A program made the translations under genes and the position numbers. The notes under the pieces are model-generated. The model searched no databases. It was not told where the DNA came from and saw only the letters and a program-made list of their open reading frames with translations. Below are positions 23,892-37,460 of a stretch of DNA of 64,000 nt, one piece after another. The stretch's first letter is position 1; every line of letters begins with the position of its first letter. The DNA is from Lytechinus pictus (Eukaryota), in NCBI RefSeq assembly GCF_037042905.1, contig NC_087248.1, forward strand, positions 25,544,001-25,608,000, written 5' to 3'.

Positions 23892-26800
23892 TCAAAGACG
23901 AACAAGCAAAACGCCATCACCATATGGGGATCTGCATAATAAAAAAAAAAAGAAAAGGAAATGTTTGATAAAATGAGGTCTTATGACTTACCGATCCCGT
24001 TTGCCACGTTCTATCTCCACCTTTATCCTATGTTCATCATCGGAATCAATACTAGAAGGATCTAAGCTCTCATTAGTCCCACATCTTGTGAATCTAATAA
24101 GATATATTAACATCAAGAAAATATACATTCGTCGGAATAGATTGCCTTGCGTGTTATGGGGGAGGTTTATATTGTGTGGTTGGGCTCTATGGAAAGCAAA
24201 GTAAGAACACCGGTAAAGGCGGGGACAAAACTATGGTTTGATAATGGACCTACAAGACATGAATACCCATTTGATAGATTAACGGTATGAGAGGTTAAAA
24301 TGAAAGCATATAGAACATATGATTTGCATAAAATTAAAAAGAAAATGAAATGCAAAGACAAGGTGTCGTCAATTTTAGCAAAAGAGCATCTACCCATCCA
24401 TTTCCAGCATGGCCCAGCAAAACAAACTGACCCCAAAATAAATGCAAGACAATAAATCATGCCGGTAAATTCTCGTTCGAATATTTTATGAAAGTATGTT
24501 TAACTACGTCAATACGTGCGGTCAAACATTGTACACATCAAATGGGAATTAACTCTAATCTTAATAATTGCTATATTTTTAACATGTTTAATGTCATGCT
24601 TAAACACAGTATAAGATCATACTAGACAACGCATTTGAGCTTTTTTCTATGAATAGTATTTATTTTACGGTTATACACAAAATATAGCGTTGTCCACCGA
24701 GTTGAATAAGCGTTTCTTGCTACATAGCAGTATGTGTATTCTCCATAATATAGAACCGAACATTGATTTTTTTTTTAAAGGGTGTACCTGAATCAAATCA
24801 TTGATAGATCAGAAGATGATAGAAATAAAAGAAAGATATCTCACCCCAGGATCCTCAGATTTTTTAGATCGTGTGTTGATCTGAAAGCTTGAATGATGCG
24901 TTTGGCCTGATCGTTACCGATGTTGAGATCTGTGAATGTGACCTTGACAAGCTGAGATGAGACCTTGAGGAGAGCATTGGGTAGTGAGGTGGGATCATCG
25001 TGGAGAGAATCCGGGTGAAACAGACAACGTGTTTGAATGGTGAGCTCTGTCACTGCTGGTAGATGGATCATCTGGATGACGTCACATCTGATCGTGTCCC
25101 ATACCTGTATGGTGATCCTCTTCACATTGTCAAACATCGAACCACACTCCTGCCATCTTTCTAGTGCATAATCAGTAACGGTCAGATCAGTCACAGTTGA
25201 GCTCGTGTTGCATTCATCCTACAATAGATGAAATGAACCTAAGAGATGTCAAGAGATCATGCTAGTGGAAACATGATGTATAATCATGATGTTTACCATA
25301 TGCCATCGGCTGACAATTAACAAAATAGAATAGGAGAGAGAGAAACAATATAACAAGCTAAAAACGAAAAAAAATCACATCACAAGAAAAATGCAATTCA
25401 TCAATAATCCATTTTCTTTACTATGATTGTATTTTTATCATGTTAATCATAATTTTTAGGAAACACCAAGGTTGATTCTGTATTCACTTTCCTGTACCCC
25501 ACCATACTATTTTTTATGATAAATTTACATAAACCAACATGTTCTTGCAAACACATATTTCATTTCATGAATACAAACAGAAGATCGGTAATTGCACAAC
25601 AAAATGAAATGAAACAAAAATTAGAGTAGAATCTGTAATTTAATCGAAACTGGATGTAAAGTTAGAAAGTTATGCACTAAACATTTTTATGCATACAATA
25701 CAATATGGACATACTATACAATATAAAAATACAATATGGACAGACTATCTCGTTTGCCTATTGCTATGCCGTAGCAATATGCAAACGAGATAGTCTGTCC
25801 ATATTGTATTTTTGATCGCATTTGGCAATATTTTATTTTCACAGTACAGTGACCCTTCATTAAATCAAAATAGTTCACAACAATGGAAATTTACCTTGAT
25901 CAAGAAAAAATCAAACATTATTCAACATTGTAATGAGAGAGAGAAAAAAAAAATCAAAATACAATAATGTAAGGGATGGCTTCATCAGATTCCTCATTTA
26001 CATGCCAATCACGATGTGTAGGTCTTACATAAACAATTTGTGAAATTGAACAAAGTCGTATTTGGCGTCCGATTTGGGTGGGGGGGGGGGCGATTCAGGA
26101 AAGAAGCTCGTGTTTTTTTTCTTAATTCAATGTAATTCTTCGAAGAGCAGTAAAATGAAGTGGCTTCCTTTGGTAAATAAATATATATAATCATCATCAT
26201 AGTTATTATTATTATTTATGTGCAATACGGGCTAGACATGAATGGCTGAAAAAGATAATTCATTTCTATTCCACTCCCTAGTACATATATCAGTGCAATC
26301 AAATTTAGTGGAACGAACCAAATATTCTAAGGGAGCGGACATGGCATGAGAGGCAACATTTCAACCCCCCCCCCCCCAAAAAAAAAAAAAAATAAAATAA
26401 ATAAAAATAAAATAAATGTGAGAAAGAAGACAGTGAACAAATTTATTTGCCTTTTAATTAAAAAAACATGATTTGGCTGTATTCTTTTAATCTGTAGGCC
26501 TACTCTGATGTTCACTTTCTACTATACCGGACTTCAAAACTCCATGTATAGCCTTGCTCTGTTTGAGCCGCACATGCCACTGTGTCAACTGTTGTTTGCC
26601 TATAAAAGGTGAAATCACGATATTCGTAAACGACCAACTAAACAGTCACTCAAAATCAGAATTTAAACAATGAATTGAAAAAACCGTCAAATCCGAATAT
26701 TTAGGTATACGAAAAATGATTTACAATAGGACCCTTACGTTACCACACCCTTTAAAATTGGTGTTGTTAGCGCTGAAATGAAAAAAAAAATCTATGATTT

Positions 26801-29800
26801 GATTTGAAGTAGAAGTCATCATAATGCTGATTCATCTTACAATATGTACAAAGGAACTGAGCGAGGTGACGTAATGCAGACGGACGTTCACTGGGATCAG
26901 CTTAGAAATCAAGAGTGTCTATTTGCTATAATAGTAATATCAAATGAAAGTTAAAATCACTTGTCGTAACTATGAGCATTGTAATTACATATCGTTGATC
27001 TTATTCACAAAATAATACACAGATCGGATATTTTAGTATTCATGGTATAAGAATTATTATTATTTAGATAATTGTTAAGGGTATATATTTAACATTGCAT
27101 TTTTAGGTTACCGAAAAAAAAATTATGTTTTTTTCCGCTTCATTTTCAGGAACATGATACTCGTAACAATATTAAATATATGTACACTGAAAATAATCAT
27201 TATACAATATTCAAAATACAATATCAGAATGAATAGAAATAAACAAAGAGGAAAGAACAACTCCAGTCATGGGTGGAAATCTTTCCCCAAAAGTAGGGGG
27301 ACCAGGGGCCTATCCAGGACTTTTCAAAGGGGGGGGGGACATTTCCTGCGGAAAATTTAACCAAAAAAATGTCAGGTTACTTCGTACAAAATAAATTTGA
27401 CAAGCAAAAAAAGTTATCACTTTCAGTTGGGGGGGGGGGCACACTTTGGAAAAGAAACGGTTAATGATCGATACAAATGTACTATTCATCTTTAAGTGCA
27501 GTGAGTGTTTTTTATTTGCTCTTTTTTCATGATTTTGCATTCTCAAAATGCAAAATTTCTCGCGTGCCGTGGAGCTCCGCTCCCGCGCTCAATCTAATCT
27601 AACAAGATTTTGGTCATGACAAATCCGTTAGCTTATTAAAAATGTTATAACCCTGCATCATAAGAGTATGGTTATAATACTTACACTTATGCATTTTATG
27701 AGCATAAACCAATCAAAACATTCTTTGAATACACTGACGTGACGGGAGGGGGGGGGGGGGGAGTCATACTATCTTGGCGTCTTTGTGGAAGCGGGGATAA
27801 TTTGTACAAAGATACAGGTATAGTCTCTACTTCAGGTTAAGGGTACGATGAGTTGACCAAATCAATGTCATTAAAGAAACACAGCTAGGCAAGTTAGGAC
27901 AACAATACTTAACACAAACTTTACAATTACACCCGTTTGTAGGAGAGACTACATCACATTAATTCCATAACAATTATAATAAATATTTCAAATATGAAAT
28001 TTGTTCCAAATTTTGAATGTTGCATCACCTCCCAATGCAATCTTTAAGATAATTTGAAATCTTTCCTTTCTGCAATATTCTTCTTTCAATTTTCACCATT
28101 GTTATATTTCTTCGTTCTTAGAAGTTTATATGTTTGGCTGTAATGACCAATAATCATTGCATTTATTATTACCCTTAATCTCATAATAATGATTCTCCTT
28201 TTCATTCTCATGTCACCTTTGACCAGTGAGCAAATGATATTTTTTTTCATTTAACAAAATATTGACTGTTTAATACTTATTTACTCTTTATATGTTTTTC
28301 CCTTTCTTCTGTAGTTTAATTTATTGATGTTTTACCCTTTTCACCCTCCGTAATGCTTACATCATTTTAAACGACTGAAGCAACATTAGAAGGCTTGCCC
28401 ACTACGTTCACTCGCTGAATTTCTCCCATAATTACACACCCCTTGAAATACGGTTTTTTATCATCGTTCTATTCTCCAACTATTGAAAATTTGCTCGCTC
28501 GCATTTTGATATTCATATATTTATATCCTAACGCCTTCTCTACAATATAGAGATTGAACAAAGTCATGATAGGCCTGTAACTGAAAGATGGTAGTATGTA
28601 ATGCATACAAAGTATATACAAACGTATACATTGCCCGTGATGTGATAAATTACACACCACTTGAAAAAGGTTTTTAGGAATCATTTTACAACTACTGAAA
28701 ATTTGATCGCTCGCTTCGCTCGCTCGCGTATTGATATTAATTGTAAATCATTACTTTATAGCCATGAAGACATCTTTATATGAAAGATGGTAGTATTGTG
28801 TACATATGTATCCTTATACATAGCCCTTGGTGTGAGATATCACTAAAATTTACATTTTTTTATCAATATATTGCTATATTAAATGCGGAGTCCCTCAAGG
28901 AAGCATTTTAGGCCACATTCTTTTTATGTCATACATCAATGATATGTGTACTTGTATTAACGAATCTAAATTAATTTTATATGCTGATGATGGTGTCTTG
29001 CTATATTCGGATACAAATCCCAAGATAATTGATAAAAAACTTAGTGCAGATTTGGCAAATTACATTGAATGGATGTCTGACAACAAGCTTAGTTTACACG
29101 TTGGGAAAACAGAAAGCATTTTATTTTTTTCGAAACGAAAGTTAAGATATACACACGATTTCAAGGTTTGATATAATAATCAGGTAATTGACAGAAAAGA
29201 TTCAGTGAAATATTTAGGAATTAGTATGACAAGTAACCTATCATGGACGGGTTTGGTAGACTCAATCGTCAAAAAGGCAAATTCGCGCTTGAAATTTTTG
29301 TATAGATATCAAACCTGTTTGAATATGAAGTCTAGACGTATTTTATGCTTTGCTTTAATACAATGTCTATTCGACTATGCTAATGCGGCTTGGTACGGGA
29401 GTCTGGGTGTTACGGATAAGAAAAAGCTAAGAATAATTCAAAATAAAATTGTGAGATACATAAATGTTTTAGGACCAAGAGCACATGTCGGATGTAATGA
29501 ACTTGAAAAGGCAGGATTTCTTCATGTAGATCACAGATCACAACAATTAAAATATTATATTCGGATACATTAGATCATTATATAGCAAATCATTTCACCT
29601 GTGTATCAAATATCCATAGGTACGGTACTCGAAATAGTAATTTTAATTTTGTGTTACCAAAACGTGAAGGACATATAGGGAACACTTTTTATTTCAATGG
29701 CATCCAATCTTGGAATGCTCTTCCTAATAAAGTAAAAGCAGTTAAGATATTTTCTCAATTTAAGAGTGCATTAAAGAAGCACCTAAAACTGGAAGCTACT

Positions 29801-32800
29801 CGAGAGCAATATTAACATTAAAATCAAACATTTTGTACAGTTGGTTTCTAGTATTGTGGATAATGTATACATTAGGGTATGTTAAAATATAATCTTGTTT
29901 CACATATTAGGAGGATTGTTGTTTGCTTCAGATGTTTGCATATTATTTGGCCGATGGATATGTATGTATGTATGTATGTATGTATTTTTTTTAAAACCAT
30001 ATTCCAGTACTTGTTGTAGTTTATACTTTTTGTTACAATATGTTAATGTTTTACATTAACTATAGGACCCCATTGGTAATAAGCCTTTCGGCTTTCATGG
30101 GCTATCCTGTCAAGGTATTCTTCAATTTCATTGTAATCTTGACGAATAAAATCAATCAATCAATCAATAAATCATCATCCCCCATTACTTGGACCTCATT
30201 TACGCCAGTGAAGAATCAAACTTAATACAATTTGATAAATAAAACAGAAAAAATATATAATTGTAATTATTTTTCCTGGGATATAATTCGGTTGTTGAAG
30301 ATTCAAATATCAAGCACAATTTAGAAGCTACGTTAATTGATTGAGCGAATTGGGCTACATACAAGTAGTTCATGGGGGCATTATTGATAAATTCATTTTT
30401 CGCATATTCTAAAAAATAAAAATGAAAAGAGAAAAAATTATGGAATGATTCCTGAATTTTCTTTGGTCAGGACCATTTTACTATTGACTATTTAATGACA
30501 ATTAATTTTAATAACTATTCGAGAAAAGATTCATTGCAAAGTGAAATTGGCAATTTTAGTTTATATAAGGCATCATAGCATCAAGAGACAATTTGAAGAG
30601 CATTATGGTTTCATTAAGTAATGTCCCTTTACATATAAAACCTCCTAATAACTATTACCTTTGCAGTTGATGCCATCGACAATGATGTTGAGTAGAAGAC
30701 ATCATGATACTGACCGGAGAGTGTGAGCTTCTCCAGAAGATTCGACTTACAGATGAACTGAGCGAAATCACGTGATGCAGACGGACGTTCACTGAGATTC
30801 TCACTGTGATGAAGAGTCTCAATCTGATGTAACAGTAACGTGGAAATATATTCAAAATTAATTTACATTCTTTGCAATCCAGTGTGTATTGAAATCATAT
30901 TTACCATATCAATAATTAATTTCAACAACACAATAAGACACTAATGTTGTATGGCAGTATTCATGATAAAAGATCAATGAAATAAAAAATCAACAACAAC
31001 TGAAATGTGTTTTACATTTCCTTTTGCGTGTCTCAGCATAGCATCGTTCCACAGGTATGTAGCAGAAAGCACACAGTCCCAAGAGTTAAAAGAGTAACTA
31101 ATATTCAAAATGTTAATTGCGAGGTTTTTAGCTTTCAAACAATGACGAATTACAAGCGGTTATCGTACAAAATGTAACCAATATGACTTTATCTTAACGG
31201 TTTTCATAATACATGAAAAGGAAGTGAAATAGGAGAACGAATCAATGTTGGATTATAAGTAGTAATAATTTACATTATTTTAGTCTGGTCCTTGGATCAC
31301 AATGCTTGTTTCATCAGAATAATAAACCTAATAGCCTTCATATCTTGCACCACTTTATTACCACACTGCAACTATGTTTAAATTAATGATTGGTTTAACA
31401 TACAGAATACATATACTGTTGAGCGAGATATGTATTTTGTTTATCACAATATGTCAAATGCATGTTGTATCATTGTTAATCATGTTAATACATATTCATA
31501 AGATCATGTTCTGTAATCCATGTCCGATCTTCATCAAATTGCTCCATTTTCCTTCAAAACGCTGTGGCGGCTGGGGCGGATGTGGCAGATAATGAGTTAT
31601 TCATCTTTTTTTACACCACCGTTCCACCCCAAAGAGAACGAAAATGGATCAATAATAAAATAGCCCTCCATCGGGGATGAACAGTGTTGTAAAGAAAAAA
31701 AGATGAACTCCTCGTCAGCCGCCAATCCCGCTCAAGCCGCCACAGCGAGAAAAAGGTAAATTTGCCATTAAAACCAAGGGTGAACAATTCCCTCTATAAT
31801 TTCGAAATAAAAGGCCTGGGAATCATTTTACAACTACTGAAAATTTGATTGATCGCTTCGCTCACTCGCATATTGATATTAATTGTAAATCATTACTTCA
31901 TAGCCATGAAAACATCGTTACATGAAAGATGGTAGTATTATGTTCATATACATCCTTATACATAGCCCTTGGTGTAGGGTGTTTCTAAAATTTTGATTTT
32001 TGGATCAATATATTGCTCTCAACCCCTCCACTACTTTGACCTCATTTACGCCAGTGGAGAATCAAACTTTACAATTTGATAAATAAAATAGAGAAAAAAA
32101 TGTGTTTGTGATTGTAAATGTTTTTTCATGGGATATTATTCGGTTGTTGAAGATTCAAATATCAAGTACAAAGCATATTTAGGAGCTACGTTAAATGATT
32201 GAGCTAGTCGGGCTACTTACAAATAGTTCAAGGGGGTATTATTGATAAATTCATTTTTCGCAGATTCTAAAAATAAATATGAAAAGAGAAACAATGATTC
32301 CTGAATTTTCAATGGTCAGGACCTGTTGATTAATGACTATTTAATGACAATTGATTTTAATAACAATTCAAGAAAAGATCCATTGCAAAGTGGATTTACA
32401 AATTTAGTTTATATAAGGTATTATAGCCTCATGAGACAATTTGAAGATCATTATAATTTCATTAAGTACTTTTTCTTTACATATATATACAAATCTCCAA
32501 ATAAATATTACCTTTGCAATTGATGCCATTGATAACAATGTTGAGTAGAAGTCATCATGATAATTACCACGGAGTGTGAGGTTCTTCAGATTATTCATCT
32601 TACAGATGAACTGAGCGAGATCACGTGATACAGACGGACTTTTAGTGAGATACTCATCGAGAACAAGAGTCTCAATCTGATAAAATAGTAACATGAAAAT
32701 GAATTCAAAATTATTTTACATTTCTTACACTCCAGTGTGTATTGAAATCATATTTACCATATCAATAATTGATTTCAACAACACAATAAGACACTAATGT

Positions 32801-35800
32801 TGTATGGCAGTATTCATGATAAGAGATCAATGAAATAAAAATCAACAACAACTGAAATGTGTTTTACATTTCCTTTTGCGTGTCTCAGCATAGCATCGTT
32901 CCACCGGTATGTAGCAGAAAGCACACAGTCCCAAGAGTTAAAAGAGTAACTAATATTCAAAATGTTTATTGCGAGGTTTTTAGCTTTCAAACAATGACGA
33001 ATTACAAGCGGTTTATCGTACAAAATGTAACCAATATGACTTTATCTTAACGGTTTTCATAACACATTAAAAGGAAATGAAATAGGAGAACGAATCAATG
33101 TTGGATTATAAGTAGTAATAATTTACATTATTTTAGTCTGGTCCTTGGATCACAATGCTTGTTTCATCCGAATAATAAACCTAATAGCCTTCATATCTTG
33201 CACCACTTTATTACCACACTGCAACTATGTTTAAATTAATGATTGGTTTAACATACATAATACATATACTGTTGAGCGACATATGTATTTTGTTTATCAC
33301 AATATGTCAAATGCATGTTGTATCATTGTTAATCATGTTGATACATATTAATAAGATCATCCTCAGTAATCCATGTCCGTTCTTCATCAAATTGCTCCCT
33401 TTTCCTTCAAAACGCTGTGGCGGCTGGGGCGGATGTGGCGGATAACGAGGGATTCATCTTTTTTTACACCACCGTTCCACCCCAAAGAGAACGAAATGGA
33501 TCAATAATAAAATAGCCCTCCATCGGGAATGAACAGTGTTGTAAAGAAAAAAAGATAAACTCCTCGTCAGCCGCCAATCCCGCCCCAGCCGCCACAACGG
33601 GAAAAAAGTAAATTTGCCAGTACAACCAAGGGTGAACAATTCCCTCTATAATTTCGAAATAAAAGGCCTGGAATACTTATTATTTATCCTACTTTAACGC
33701 TGTATTTTGAAGTATGTAATATTTTTAGAGGATGTATAATAATGATATTGTGTTATTTTTACAATTCATTGTGTTTCATCCGATTTGTGGTGAAATAATC
33801 GAAATAAGGATAAACAATTATTTTGTCTAGCAGTCTTGTAAACTTTTTTTTGTAAAAACTGGGGACTTAAAATAAATTCTAAGTGCCTTTAAAAGAGTGG
33901 ACATTCTCAATGACTTGTGCTGTTCACTTCAAAATCAATGGATTGGTAACAGCATCAAAACGATTCAAAGCGCATGTATAAAACATGTTGAATTTAGAAA
34001 AATATGAGCAGCATATTCAGGGATAAGGAGGCGCGATAGCTCGTCGGTAGAGCAGGGGATTCGTATTCCGGTGACCCGGGTTCGATTGCCACTTTGAGCG
34101 CTAGTGCCCTTTGGTAAGGCATCAATTCTCAGTACCAGGTCCTTCGGAGAGGACCTTAAGCCGTCGGTCCCCTGGTTGCTTAGCAATTTTTTTTTTTAGC
34201 AATCAGGTAAAAAATCACCACCAATACCAATAAAGAACGATATATAAATTAATGTTAAGAGTTATACTACTAAACCTGCCATTTTTATTAGCATTTTCAA
34301 CTAAAAATTCGTCATAGAACGTAAATTGGTGTTCAATCTGTCATAATTATTAACCGATGGAATCTAGTAAAACTTGATTCCATCTACCCCGTATCGCATA
34401 TTGACATTTATATATTTATATCCCTTCACATTTACTACAATATAGCCATCGAACATGACAGGCATGTAACTGAAAGATGGTAATATATAATGTACACCAA
34501 GTATATACACACGTATACATTGCCCGTGATGTGATAAATTACACACCTCTTTAACACGATTTTGGGGAATCATTTTACAACTACTGAAAGTTTGATTGAT
34601 TGCTTCGCTCACTCGCATATTGATATTAATTGTAAATAATTACTTCATAGCCATGAAAACATCGTTATATGAAAGATGGTAGCACTATGTTCATATACAT
34701 CCTTATACATAGCCCTTGGTGTAGGGTGTTTCTAAAATTTTGATTTTTGGATCAATATATTGCTCTCAACCCCTCCACTACTTTGACCTCATTTACGCTA
34801 GTGGTCAATCAAACTTTACAATTTGATAAATAAAAGAGAGAAAAAAATGTGTTTGTGATTGATTTTTTTTTTCATGGGATATTATTCGGTTGTTGAAGAT
34901 TCAAATATAAAGTACAAAGCATATTTAGAATCTACATTAATGATTGAGCTAGTCGGGCTACATACAAATAGTTCAAGGGGTTATTATTGATAAATTCATT
35001 TTCCGCAGATTCTAAAAATAAACATGAAAAGAGAAACAATGATTCCTGATTATTCAATGGTCAGGACCTGTTGATTAATGACTATTTAATGACAATTGAT
35101 TTTAATAACAATTCAAGAAAAGATCCATTGCAAAGTGGAATTTACAAATTTAGTTTATATAAGGTATTATAGCCTCATGATACAATTTGAAGATCATTAT
35201 AATTTCATTAAGTACTTTTTCTTTACATATACAAATCTCCAAATAAATATTACCTTTGCAATTGATGCCATCGATGACAATGTTGAGTAGAAGTCATCAT
35301 GATAATCACCACGGAGTGTGAGGTTCTTCAGATTATTCATCTTACAGATGAACTGAGCGAGATCACGTGATGCAGACGGACTTTCAGTGAGATCCTCATC
35401 GAGAACAAGAGTCTCAATCTGATAAAATAGTAAAACATCAAAATGAATTCAAAATCATTTTACAACTACTGAAAGTTTGATTGATCGCTTCGCTCACTCG
35501 CATATTGATATTAATTGTAAATAATTACTTCATAGCCATGAAAACATCGTTATATGAAAGATGGTAGCATTATGTTCATATACATCCTTATACATAGCCC
35601 TTGGTGTAGGGTGTTTCTAAAATTTTGATTTTTGGATCAATATATTGCTCTCAACCCCTCCACTACTTTGACCTCATTTACGCTAGTGGTCAATCAAACT
35701 TTACAATTTGATAAATAAAAGAGAGAAAAAAATGTGTTTGTGATTGATTTTTTTTTTCATGGGATATTATTCGGTTGTTGAAGATTCAAATATAAAGTAC

Positions 35801-37429
35801 AAAGCATATTTAGAATCTACATTAATGATTGAGCTAGTCGGGCTACATACAAATAGTTCAAGGGGTTATTATTGATAAATTCATTTTCCGCAGATTCTAA
35901 AAATAAACATGAAAAGAGAAACAATGATTCCTGATTATTCAATGGTCAGGACCTGTTGATTAATGACTATTTAATGACAATTGATTTTAATAACAATTCA
36001 AGAAAAGATCCATTGCAAAGTGGAATTTACAAATTTAGTTTATATAAGGTATTATAGCCTCATGATACAATTTGAAGATCATTATAATTTCATTAAGTAC
36101 TTTTTCTTTACATATACAAATCTCCAAATAAATATTACCTTTGCAATTGATGCCATCGATGACAATGTTGAGTAGAAGTCATCATGATAATCACCACGGA
36201 GTGTGAGGTTCTTCAGATTATTCATCTTACAGATGAACTGAGCGAGATCACGTGATGCAGACGGACTTTCAGTGAGATCCTCATCGAGAACAAGAGTCTC
36301 AATCTGATAAAATAGTAAAACATCAAAATGAATTCAAAATTATTTTACATTTCTTACACTCCAGTGTGTATTGAAATCATATTTACCATATCAATAATTG
36401 ATTTCAACAACACAATAAGACACTAATGTTGTATGGCAGTATTCATGATAAAAGATCAATGAAATAAAAATCAACAATAACTAAAATGTGTTTTACATTT
36501 CCTTTTGCGTGTCTCAGCATAGCATCGTTCCACCGGTATGTAGCAGAAAGCACATAGTCCCAAGAGTTAAAAGAGTAACTAATATTCAAATGTTTATTGC
36601 GAGGTTTTTAGCTTTCAAACAATAACGAATTACAAGCAGTTTATCGTACAAAATGTAACCAATATGACTTTATCTTAACGGTTTTCATAATACATTAAAA
36701 GTAAGTGAAATAGGAGAACGAATCAATGTTGGATTATAAGTAGTAATAATTTACATTATTTAAGTCTGGTCCTTGGATCACATTGCTTGTTTCATCTGAA
36801 TAATAAACCTAATAGGCCTAGCCTTCATTTCTTGCACCACCTTATTACTACAACTATATTGAAATTAATGATTGGTATAACATACATAATACATTTATTG
36901 TTGAGCGAGATATGTATTTTGTTTATCACAATATGTAAAAATGTTGTATCATTGTTAATCATGTTAATACATATAAGGTCATGCTCAGTAATCCATGTCC
37001 GTTCTTCATCTTATTGCTCCCTTTTCCTTCAAAACGCTGTGGCGGCTGGGGCGGGCGGCGTGGCGGATGACGCGGGATAAATCTCTGTTCCACTCCGATA
37101 GAGGGCTCTTTTATTATTGCTACATTTTGGTTCTCTCCCTTTTCCTTCAAAACGATGTGGCGGCTTGGGTGGGTGTGGCGGATTACGAGGGATTCATCTT
37201 TTTTTTTCCTCTTCGTTTTTCTTCTTTCTGTCCCCTTCTTTTTTTTTTCCTCCACCAATAGGGGGGGGGGGGGGAGGCCTCGGCTCCCTGGATCCACCTA
37301 TGCAAATAGGAAAGAACTCCAGCCATAGGTGGAAATCTCTCACCAAAGGTAGGGGGACCAGGGGCGGATCCAGGACTTTCCAAGGGGGGGAGGGCACATT
37401 TCCCCCGGGAATTTTAACACCCCCCCCCC

Positions 37430-37460
<31 letters not shown>

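Larger units (their letters stand above)
34567..36340. repeat. 885-bp near-perfect tandem duplication, each unit carrying one LRR exon
   Basis: Two copies; only about 2 substitutions were seen by eye. Confidence 0.9.

Noticed and set aside
34027-34100. Possible tRNA genes (also 63010-63083)
   Set aside because: The cloverleafs are imperfect and continue into SINE bodies; one has an empty paralogous site.
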